NCBI GenBank assembly: GCA_973895155.1
Contig: OZ316897.1
Location: forward strand, 23,535,455 to 23,599,454
Direction of reading: 5' to 3'
Source: Marsupella aquatica
Taxonomy: Eukaryota; Plantae; Marchantiophyta
DNA: 64,000 bases
Below the pieces are notes generated by a model. It ran no database searches. It was not told where the DNA came from and saw only the letters and a program-made list of their open reading frames with translations. Position 1 is the stretch's first letter; each line of letters starts with the position of its first letter. This document shows positions 49,005-59,820 of the stretch, piece after piece. A program made the translations under genes and the position numbers.

Positions 49005-49490
49005 CTTCCACGGAACACTGTTCCGTTGAGAGGGCATATTGGAGATTGGTTGACTGCGGTGTACCATTCCGTCGTGGTAGTTTTGGGAAGATTGGTCTTC
49101 CACGGAACACTATTCCGTCGTGAATGCATATTGGAGAATGATCGGGTACAGATTACCATTTTGTTGTGATAATTTTGGGAAGATTGGTCTTCCACGGAAT
49201 ATTGTTCCGTCATGGGTGCATATTGAAGATTGGTCTGCCCCATTACACGTCTCGTCTGCATTGTGAAGAAGGGTTGGTTGCGGAACATTGTCCCGCAACT
49301 AGGCAGCTCACGGAACACTATTCCGCCAATTAGCTTGGCTATTGGTGATGGAGGGTTGCGGAACACTGTCCCGCAACTAAGCAGTTTACAGAACACCATT
49401 CCGTCAATTGTCTTGGAGATTGGTGGTGGTGCATTACGGAACACCGTTCCGCGATTGAGTGATGGGTATCCACGGAACACCATTTCGCCA
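49005..49490 (+). repeat. Array of about 9 CGGAACAC(T/C)RTTCCG mini-hairpin motifs in the Gypsy leader
   Basis: Motif at about 49009, 49101, 49193, 49280, 49309, 49358, 49389, 49436 and 49471. The first three lie in 92-bp units. Confidence 0.75.
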
Positions 49491-49962
49491 ATCGGTTGAT
49501 TATTGATAGTGGTGAGTTGATGGTGACCATTTAGGGAAAATTGGTCATCACGGAGTCCTCTGGTGATACGGGGCTACCCGAGGGACGACGGTCTAGTTTC
49601 ACTTGGAGTGGAGTGCAATTTCGGCCGACGATATTGTTAGTGGTTACAAGTGGGGTTTCAGATAGTGATTCTAACGAGGACTTAGTAGCCAATTCTCCTC
49701 AACATCAAGTGACTGTGCCATTGTTGTGGGATATGGAAGAGATGTATGGGGCCACGAAAGGACCGAGGAGATACTCTGGTGCAGTTGGCACGATTGATTT
49801 GGATGATTTCATCCAAGAGTTTGATACGTGGTGTGATATGCAGACAATGCGTAATGCCACATTGTTCACACCTTTCATGGTTTGGAAAGGGTTGTTTCAA
49901 CATTTGGAGGGGCCACCCATGGATGACTACCATGAGTTTCGAAAGGCTCATTTAGTGGATAT

Positions 49963-52900
49963 TGTGACGCTGCCGGTACGGCGGTTAATGAGTGATTCGG
50001 TCTAACTGCGCTCGGCATGCACGTTAGGAGTGTCTTAGGCCGCTATTATTAGCATAACGACAGTATTTAGGTAATCATTATGGGTAGGATATCATTAGGC
50101 AATAAGGGGGAATTCAGGTTCGGACTGGCGGCTGGTCGCTATTCGCACACCCAGGTTACGAGCATGGAGGGGCCCCTCCCTCGGGTCCGTATAACAAACT
50201 TACGGAAGCGGCCACTGACACGCGCTGACTCAGACCGGCGGAGTGGCCGGCACACCACAAGCGTGAGCGGTTCAGCCTATGGGCGTCGAGGAGACGTTGG
50301 GGGATCGACAAGCCCTCAAGGTATAAAAGGGGAGCCAACCCTTTGTAGTGCACCAGTCCATCAGTCCACGCGCCAGCTTCGACCCTAGCTCTCTCGTTCG
50401 CTCTAAGTCGCCACTACTATCTCCTCTGAATGTCGCACACGATCCTCTCCAGCTCGGCCATTTGATTTTGGACGCAGTTCCTATCTACCGGAAGGCACTT
50501 GGCCGACTCATTGAAACACGCCAACCCACGCCGATACGAAATCGAACGCGAGTACGAGAGAGCCATCCGCCTAGCAGGACGACACCACTACATCCTTAAC
50601 TTTGACTACCCGTCTCAGAGCGAGCTTTATCGACCAGCAGAGATATCCGGGTACTTCTTCAATGGAGACAAATATATCGGGTTCTGGGAAGCATTGCTTC
50701 GGCTTCTGGACGAGGTCTTCAATATCCCGGGTATGATCGACTTGCAACGACATCACTTTGACCACATCCCTGCTCAGGTTCGGGCTATCATCAACAGCGA
50801 GTCCAGCACTACCCGTTCGACAAGGTCATCTGCACTCGCTTCGGAAAACTTCTACCAGCACCTATAGAGCTTCATAGGAACTCGGCCAGCAACCAACATG
50901 ACCAACTCAGTTGTACCCGTACCCGTACCTATACAACCTCAGGCTCAGCTTCAGCTTCAGCCTCAGCCGCGGCCTAGCCAAACCCCACCACCGATCGCCC
51001 AGCCAGCACAAGTACGCTCCGTCATCAACGCTGTGGATCTTAGCGATGATGACGAGGCTACCCTACCCTTGACCAGGCGGCCCAGAGGAACAAGCGCTCA
51101 GGGGGCCGACACTATATCGTCCCCACCCCCTGCTCTGACCCCAGGAGCAGCCCCGGCAGACAACATGGTGACCGTGGCCGACCCGGGCCCGTTAATAACG
51201 GCAGTGGCACTACCCAGGCCCGATCGGGAGGATGGGGAGGTGTCACCTTCCCCGAGCCAGTCACGGGGGAAGAAGAGGAAGGAATCCGCCACTGCATCCG
51301 GGTTACCGTTGGCCACGGTAGCCGTGGCCAAGGTGACGATGCACCGCATGGGGGAAAACGTTCACAAAAACATCCTCCATCACAAGCATGCGGTGTACCT
51401 GAAGACTCAGGGATTCGAGCACCTCGCCTCCCTCCCCTGGAACACTTGCAGGTACTACGGGGAGGACATGACGGAGTTTGTCAGGAATTATGACGACGCG
51501 CATCAACATATTCGGCTGCGGGGAAGGAGTATGTCCCTCACGGAAGAACGGCTCAGGATGATCTTCGGGTTACCCGAAGGTGACCATCGAGTTGAATCAC
51601 GGGCTCCCGAGGGCAAGGGAGCCAAGTACCAATCTTCAAGTTTTCCCTCAGAGGGAGCAGTGGACAACGGGTTCGTGATGAAGACCTGCCTCATCCCCGA
51701 GATAGCTGAGCGACTGGAGTTCTAGAGGTACGCCCTCCACATGATGGAACCCCGGGGGGAGATCTTCGCCGCCCAGGTTATCCAGGTCGAGAACTATCGA
51801 CCTAGGAGGTGGGCGTCGTACTTCGCTAAGAAATTCCATGAAGAGATGGAGCGGCGAAGGAAGACGCTGTACATTGGCGGGAAGGCGTATTTCGCTAGCC
51901 ACATCGAGATCATTCTTGAGTGGTACGCCCGGTTTGATCGACGAAGTCTTCCCCGTGTCAACGTTACAAAGCTGGTCCTAGCTAGGTGGGTTTTCCCGGC
52001 CTTGGAGAGACGGCCACAACCCGAGGCCCGAAGTCCAGCGGACACGCCAGCTTCACCCACCCCACCTCCATAAGTAGTTGTAGTCGTAACCGAAGAGGTA
52101 CCGGATGGGTTGGTTGTCGCAACCGTTGATGCGACCCAACAAGCCGGGCTAAGTACAGAAGTCGGTACGACGGAGGTCTTACCAGAGCCAGGGTCTCCCA
52201 AAGACCCACCGGTGGCTATTCCGGAGAACCGGACATTGCTGCAGGAGGACACTCCAGCCCCTTCCAACGTTACGTCCCCAAGGCTGGACGTCATTGCCCC
52301 GGCCCCCGCGCGTGTTGATGTCTGCCCGTGCCCAACTCTGGACAGGCACAACCTGGACCACCCGGAACTCTTTGTACCGGGTACATTTCTGAACGGGCTT
52401 CTGGGAGATTTCTCTCATCAAATTGCCCAGGATACCGGGGAGTTCATGGCCCGGAAGGTAGCCTGTTTCTTCAATCAGGAGTTGGTTGCCGCAATAAAGG
52501 CAGGTCGGGCCCAGTCAGAGGCCCTTCAGAGGATAGAGTGGTACCGGGTGGAGTCAGTGTACCTAAAGAACGAAGTTGCGGCTCAAGAGGCTGAGCTTCT
52601 GCAACTACGACCCAAGGTTGCAGCCGCCGATGAGTTGTTAGCAAAGGCGCACGCTCTTACCGCCCTAGCCGAACAGGCCAAAGCTGGGAACGAGGCCGAG
52701 ATTACACGACTCCGGAACCAGATTGATAGTTTGAAGAATCAAACTGTCACTTGGCAGAAAGACCTGGAGGAGGCCGAGGAACGGGCCCAACGGGACACGG
52801 CGGAGATAGCCATGCTGCAGGCCGAGGTGGTGCGGCTCCAAACCGAGGCCGAGAAGCAGGACCAGCTAGCGGGTAAACTGACAAGTGACGCCTAGCAGCT

Positions 52901-53963
52901 GGAGGAGGCTTGTCAGGAGGCAGCAGAGGAGACGGATGCGGCGAGGCGAGAGAACGAATCTCTGCTGGACCAGGTCCAGCTCCTCAAGGCGGACAATGAC
53001 AGGCTTCGAAGGCAGCGGGATGGCCGCTCCCATTCGGGCGGCTCTAGCAAGCGTGCCAGGCATTAGCAGCGGAGTAGGAATAGATTAGGATTAGGACTGG
53101 CTTAGTCAGGCTCTTGGGACAGGCACCTGCCTTAGGTATAGCAGCGCTGCCGTGCTGTCCAGCCTGCGTAGATTAGGATTTTCTAATAAGACACAGCCGT
53201 TTTCCGGCCTGACTGTCAGCTTAGTTAGGACCTTAGTCAGCGAATCTTCGGCGAGAGGACACCCCGTCCCTCGTCCCTTAGTATTTAGTGCACCACTCGG
53301 AAGAGGCAGGGGGGGTTTTTAGTTGCAAAGTTGGGCGTCCGCGGTATGTGCGGGGAGTCCCGACCTCTGGGAATGAAAGAGTACCAAGGGGAGGGGGTAG
53401 GACTAAGCTCGCCGGGCGAGTGCGGAGCCGGGCTCCGTTGTAGTGTGCACCCTCGGCCTTGAACCTGTTCATTCCGGGGCTGTCGGGTCAACTAAGTGTA
53501 CGCATATGTTCCCTTTGTAGTAAAATCCTTTCCCATCATTTTCCTTCGTGTAAATCGAGATTGTATGCATGTGCGCGTGTATGTGTGTGGGTTTCTCGTA
53601 TATGGGTGGCAGCGCCAGGCCGAACGCACTACCCGAGACGTGCACAAGGTGCAGCCTGCGGGTAAGTGGTTGCGAGCACGGGTTGAGGACCTGTATCATC
53701 GAATCCGGATCGAAGGCGGACCGCACGAAGGCTTAGAAGCCCTTAAGCCGGGGTCGATCCTGCTATCGACTAAGGTACATTCCGGCGGCGGAACACAAAC
53801 CATACCTAGGAGGTGTCCGTATTTAGCAGTATGCGCACTTAGCGCTAGTTTATGAGAATAAGGTGCATTACGTGCTTCCCTTCCTGCCCGAACCCTCAGA
53901 TTTACGAGGGATGTGCCCGTCTAAGCTGAAGTCTGAGTTAAGGCCGCAGCCGATGACATGACA
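49963..53963 (+). mobile_element. Family-B element, complete copy B1: 4001-bp solo-LTR-like unit with a long internal ORF
   Basis: Starts TGTGAC, ends ATGACA. 5-bp TSD GATAT at 49958-49962 and 53964-53968. TATA-like GGTATAAAAG at about 50321. Confidence 0.92.
50430..53066 (+). pseudogene. Family-B LTR-encoded protein (~878 codons, single frame, five in-frame stops), homologous to the A4 protein
   Basis: ORF pieces 50499, 50898, 51741 and 52110 are all in one frame with ATG 50430. EDMTEFVRNY...LRGRSMSLTEERLRMIFGLPEG aligns with A4 SDLLEFVGSW...IYGKDFYLTPKVIAEVFGLPMG. C-terminal coiled coil ending SSKRARH. Confidence 0.85.
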
Positions 53964-55583
53964 GATATTGAGGCATGGAGACAGCATTGGTCACCAAATC
54001 ATATGTCCATCACTTATGGCACAAGTGCGGTTTCCCAACCCATTGCTACAGCTGCGGCTTCTTCTAGCAGCACTAGCCAGAGTGGCACTCCATCAGCATC
54101 CACCGCTACTCCTACCGGTGTGATTGTGGCTGGGAGTGGAGCTGCGCCAACATTTAACCCTGTGATGAAGTTCTTTGAAGTATTGAAGCAGAACTACCAG
54201 GGTGTGAGAACCGATAAGTTGAAGGGTCTTCAGGAGTTCCAGCGCAAGACTGGAGAGAGCCTACGTGAGGCATACACTCGTATGCGAAGGTTGATTACGG
54301 TCACACAAGGAGTGACAGAGGCCCAAGCGGTCCAATTTTGGTATGCAATTCTAGATAGGGAGTTGCGTTGTAGAGTGAGAGATGCCACTCTACTGAGGGA
54401 TTCAGATCCCACATTGGCTATAGTTTTTGCACTTGCTGAGCGCTTTGAGCTCAATATGGTGAATGAGAAGGTGGTGACTTCCGGATTTGCCAAGGAAGCA
54501 CCAAAGGTTGCATCAACGCCCACACCGCAACCTACTGCACGTAAGAGCCAGAGAGAGAAGCCTACAACATGGGAATCTACTAGTCAAAGACCTATGCCTT
54601 CTTATGCTAGACAACAGTCAGGATGTTGGACTTGTGGTGGGGATCATGCACAAAGATATTGCCCGGATAATAGGGGGCAAGGAGGGGCATCTACACCTGA
54701 TCAACGACAGTGTGATCATTGTGGAGTTTCTGGACACACCAAAGATAGGTGTTTTGTACTTCATCCTGAACTACGATAGGGAGGACCACATGCGTATGAT
54801 CAGGGAAGAGGAGGTAGAGGTGGTGGACGTGGTCGAGGCATGCCACATGCAGGGAGGTGATGTTGCTCCTATCATTACCACAGATCCTAAGGATGCAAAG
54901 ATTGCTCAATTGGAGCAACAACTAGCTGCAATGGCTAGTTCTCAAGTTAGACCTACTGCTAGTGATGGGGCTTCTACATCCTATGGAGCTTCAATCTCTT
55001 ATGGAGTTGATGGAGATCTTGCCATCATGGGATTTATGTGTGGCACTGCGCATGTTGATGCATCAGCAGCTTTGACTCGAGGAGCAGTTAAAGCCCTTGA
55101 GCCACAAGGAGCAGTGGTAGAGTTGGATCCTCAGAGAGGGGATATTCGTCGTCAAACAAAGCTTCCCCAATCGTTTACATTGTTAGAGGTAGTTCAAACT
55201 ACCTCTATGAATCCGGTTCGGACTAACCCAGGTGGAAGTAAGTTGGCGGATTCAAGTGATGTTGTGACAGGGATGACAAGTACCCTGTTGGGGGCGGCCA
55301 CTACTATAGTGCGCACACCATTATTTTCAGCTACGGATATGTTGACATTGGGAGTTAGTCCAGCAGAGGTGTTCAGATTGGCGGCCACATTATGCGAGGA
55401 CACTCCAACTGTTGCTTTGCGTGCAAAAGCAACGCCCAATTCTGAAGCAGTGGAGTTGAATCCACCTATTGCCAGTAATGAAACATGGCATGCAGTAGCG
55501 GCAAGGTTGATAGATTTACCAGCGCGCCCTGCTTATGAGAGGACTAGGTTTAAACCTAGTGTCATATCATTGGATAATCGGAG

Positions 55584-55623
55584 TTTAGGGTTTAGGGTTT
55601 AGAGTTTAGGGTTTAGGGTTTAG
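55584..55623 (+). repeat. Interstitial telomeric tract (TTTAGGG)x~6
   Basis: TTTAGGG TTTAGGG TTTAGAG TTTAGGG TTTAGGG TTTAG joined directly to Gypsy coding sequence. Confidence 0.93.
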
Positions 55624-56254
55624 AACACAGGAAGTAAAATTGCTTTTGTGCAAATCTTTTGAGTTGTGATGATAGATTCCTTTTTGGTGATTCATTACAA
55701 TCTCTTGAGTTCTTAAAGTTAACTCGTTGAGTTTGTGTCTCATTGAAATTGATGGATTTTCTTTCGTTTTGCTCAGTACCATCTAAATGTTGAAGTAGCT
55801 ACCTTTTAGATCTTATCTGAGTACTACTTAGAAAGAAAGGATAAGACATGTTGAAGGCATTTTAAAAGGTACTCTAGTAAGCATTTTAGATCTGAAAAGC
55901 AATATGGATTTAAATCCTTAAGTCTTTTCATTTTGACTTATGCCTAAGGAGCAACCTTGGTCAATTCCAGACTCCCTTAGCATACTTTGAGATTATTTTC
56001 CTTGTGTTTTGTTAATCATTCCCTTTTCATTAATTTATGTTTATCTGATGCTGAGTTATCATTGAAAACCACTCACCGCTGTGGAGCGATCTTCAAAATA
56101 CCTTATTAAAGTAATCAAACTTGATTACTATGTGTGGAAAACATCTTTAGTTCTTTATTATTGTTTAAATTTATCAAACCAACCCCATCTTGTTCTTTAC
56201 GGGAACGAATACCGAGTTTGAAGACCTTTAAGTGTGTTTTTGGTTCTTCATAGC

Positions 56255-57234
56255 AAACTACAACAGCTGAGTTAGCCGAGGTGAAAGATGGCCATGTGGC
56301 ACAAATTCTCCAGATGGAGTACAAGGCCACGCAGCTGAGGGATGAGTTCTTGGAAACTGCAGCCGAAGTAGAGACCGCACAAGCAAGCGTTGCGGAATTG
56401 GAGGAGCAGGTGGCAATCTTGCAGAGGGATCGTGACCGTTACAAGGAACGGGCACGATGTGCGTCTGGCTATGAGAGCTCGGCAAAACGGTCCCGCAATA
56501 GGGGGTAGTGGGAGGGGCCCACAATTTTTGTTAGGTTAGAACTAGATAAGTAATGTAGGAATTAAAACGGAGTAGTTAGAAGTACAAAAATAATATATAT
56601 ATATATAGGGAATCCCTTGGTAGGAGGTGGGGGGGATCCTGATTGTCAAAGCATTAGTGTTATTATAGTGAAGTAAGGAGTCTCACATGGAGGAGCCAAG
56701 TGTACTAAGGAGTACACTCTAGCTTAGTGAATCTTGTAGGGCAAGTACGAAGCCGGGCTTCGTTAAAGCTTAGGGTCTACTGCCATTAGGCATTGTCTCT
56801 TTCGAGTTCATCAAGTCAACTATAAGTGTAAGGCTATGCTTGGCTGTAAGGAATTTTCCCCCATCAATCCAAGAGTTACTCAGTATTACCAGGAGTTGAG
56901 GTATATGTGTATGTGAATGAGAAAGTATACGGGCAAGGATTGGAGACTGGAAGGATTAGTCGCATGGACTGCTAGGGGTAAGTCATGGTTTAGTAGCTAT
57001 CCGGGACCAAGCTTAGCCATGAGTGTATACGATGAAGCATAGAAGACCTTAGGCTGGGCCGGTGTAATACATTGGTTGAGGTATATTCTGGTGGCGGAAT
57101 AGAAAATATACCTATGTTGATAAATGTATGTTTGAGAAAGAAGTAGTAAAGTAGTTTGCGGGAATGATTCATGATTTTGTTCAATCTTTGTGTAGATATA
57201 GGTCCATCCTAACACTATGTAGACATCCTTGACA
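56255..57234 (+). mobile_element. Family-C LTR-like element, 3' fragment (related to B)
   Basis: Coiled-coil ORF end (...SSAKRSRNRG*), about 720-bp tail containing the shared ATTCYGGYGGCGGAA...ATACCTA motif at about 57085-57114, and a plausible terminus ...CCTTGACA. Both boundaries are inferred. Confidence 0.6.
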
Positions 57235-57994
57235 CTAAGGTGCTAGAGAAGGTGCTTTGGCCCTTTGGGTCTGTTTATCTCTATGTCCACAACTGGTCTT
57301 TGTGTTGTGGTGGTGGTTAGAATATATTGGGTGCATTGTCACTCTTGTTTAAAGATTACATATAGAAAACACAATGCATAGAAACTAGAGTTAGTTGCCA
57401 TTGTAGTTAGAAGTCTTGGAAGGTATATATCATTTGGGGTTTTAATTTGGAGATTTTATAATGACAACATACTCCTCAAATAATATATCATGTCAATTTA
57501 TTTGGATATAGTTTTGTTTCATTGGTAAGGAAAAGAACACCCTTTGAGGCCAAAGATTAGGGTGGGCTTGGTTATATGGGCACTAGGTAAGGCTGCACTG
57601 AAGCTAGTGGGTGATGACTGATGATCAAGCAAGAGGCTAGATTGAAGATAGTCAAGCTCAAGTAGAGTGTGCAATCAAAATAGCCACCCACAAAGAAGCT
57701 ATACTTAAGAGCAAGCTTAAGTTGATAGGAGACCTGAGCTAAAATAAGCCCCCTTATCTAACGTCAGATTATATATTGTGCATCTGGGAAAATAATGCCA
57801 AAGTAGCAAAGGCAGACCACTGCACATGGTTGAGCATATTGGGTTCTCACATCATTGTATGCTGTGGTCATTCTTTGCTATTTAGGAAGGAAAAAATGCA
57901 ATTATTGTCATTCAATAATGTACATATTTATGACATGCATTTGTTATTATTGCATTGTTCTCCACGTTGCACACCTACCCAATATTGGAAGTAT

Positions 57995-59598
57995 ATGGTG
58001 AATTAGGATGATCCTGTCGGCTGGAATTTTATTTGTTTGCCTTATACTAAAGGTACATACCATGAAGTTCGCCCACCTAAGTTCAAGCTCTGAGGTGCAT
58101 GATTACATAGTTCCAAGATTCCATTAAGGAGTGTTAAAGCATAGATGTCTCTCCCTTTCTTGAAGCTCAAATTGTTTTTCCTTCCCTGCCCTCCCTCAAG
58201 TTTTTTTCCCTAGCGCCTGAAGTTGGAGTTTTTTTCCTTCCCCCCTGAAGGTGAAGTTTTTTTTTCTTCTTGGAAAAAGCTGAATTTTTTTCGCTTGCTT
58301 TGGTTTTTGCTATTTTTCTTCTCTCCCACTTTCACATTATGTAGGTTTACATCATATGTGAAACAAACTAGAATACAATGTATGGATTTGATGCAAAAAA
58401 TCACCCCTGGTTTAGGGAACTAATACAGAGCAGGTAAATTTAGGCATGTACTTCGGCCAGTATTTGTCCATGCAATACCCAAAATGTTGGTCTAGTGAGG
58501 TTTAGGGTCTTTTCAGTATGTTCGGAGTCCTTCTGCCGGCGCGGGGCGCCTTCATGGGGTTCCCTGCCTGCTTTGTTGCTTGCTATGACTAATAAAATTA
58601 CCCTCATTAATAAGAGTACCCTCATGCACAAGGCCCAACACAAGGGTACCCTTAGGAGATAAGAGTACCCTCACTGATAAGGGTACCCTCATTATCAAAG
58701 TACCATTGTTGATAAGTGTACCCATTGATAAGAGTACTCTTGCTGATATAAGAGTATCCTCATTGATAAGAGTACCCTCATACGCAAGGGTACCCTCAGG
58801 AAATAAGAGTATCCTCATTGATAAGGGTACCCTTATTGATCAAAGTACCATTATTGATAAGCGTACCCATTGATAAGAGTACCCTCGCTGATAAGAGTAC
58901 CCTCACTGATAAGAGTACCCTCAAGCACAAGGGTACCCTCAGGAGATAAGAGTACCCTCATTCACACGGGGAGCAATGAAAATAGGGATAATTGTAACCA
59001 TGTCCAAAAGGTGACATCTTTGATAGCCATTCAAAAATAATGTCCTTCAAAACCTTGAGGACTTTAGTTTAAGAACTTTTCTAACAAAAAGTTCAAGAAT
59101 ATTTCATAATAAAGAATCCAATAAAGTGTAAACTTCAATTTTATGGTGTCAATTTTTTTAGATCTTCCCACACTGTAGCAAACAAATCCACATAAATTTT
59201 TTCAAGATTTTAATTCCAATTCAGTAAAAATTATAATTCCGGTTAAATAGTACACGAACCATTTCAGATCTGAGTACCGAAATGCAGCTGTAAGTTGTAA
59301 TTTTTATCATTAGATTTATGAATATTTTAACATGTACTAGGTGGGAAGAAAGGGGGAATTTTGATGTTAAGGTACTCACCTTCATAAATCTACTATTGAT
59401 TTGTCCCAAGGAGTGTACAGTTCTTTCCTTGGTCTCGCCTCAATATTTGTACATGGTGAATTAGGATGATCCTGTCTGCTGGAATTTTATTTGTTTGCCT
59501 TATACTAAAGGTACATACCATGAAGTTAGCCCACCTAAGTTCAAGCTTTGAGGTGCATGATTACATAGTTCCAAGATTCCATTAAGGAGTGTTAAAGC
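57995..59598 (+). repeat. 146-bp direct repeats (57995-58140 and 59453-59598) flanking a ~1.3-kb segment
   Basis: ATGGTGAATTAGGATGATCC...GTGTTAAAGC occurs twice with few substitutions. Confidence 0.88.
58590..58962 (+). repeat. Minisatellite of GATAAG(A/G)GTACCCTCA-like ~19-20-bp units
   Basis: More than 15 degenerate copies, many containing the palindrome GGGTACCC. Confidence 0.88.
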
Positions 59599-59765
59599 TG
59601 CATAGATGTAACTCAATTATTGCTCAGGTCATAAAACACTATTACAGTCAAGACAAAATCACTATGGGCTACCAAAATACGAATCCCATAACACTTTGAT
59701 TTATTTTTTTGGACTGTAACACTTTGACACGCTCTATTCATCCTTTTGGATTGCTCTACGCTAAA

Positions 59766-59820
59766 GGGTTTAGGGTTTAGGGTTTAGGGTTTTTAGGGTT
59801 TAGGGTTTAGGGTTTAGGGT
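59766..59820 (+). repeat. Telomeric tract (TTTAGGG)x~7 at the start of the satellite
   Basis: Direct reading; one TTTTTAGGG variant. Confidence 0.95.

Larger units (their letters stand above)
49541..55583 (+). pseudogene. Gypsy-like gag (split by B1; truncated before protease/pol by telomeric repeats)
   Basis: RYSG...DLDDFIQEFDTWC; RKAHLVDI|EAWRQHW rejoins across B1; QRKTGESLREAYTR; knuckles CWTCGGDHAQRYC and CDHCGVSGHTKDRC. Stop at 54777 and a frameshift after it. Confidence 0.82.

Noticed and set aside
48593-49483. 296-aa antisense ORF in the Gypsy leader
   Set aside because: Largely translates the hairpin repeat array, with no recognisable domain. Not excluded, but unsupported.
58590-58962. 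Short palindromic repeat array resembling CRISPR
   Set aside because: Repeats are degenerate and adjacent with no unique spacers; no cas genes; eukaryotic context.
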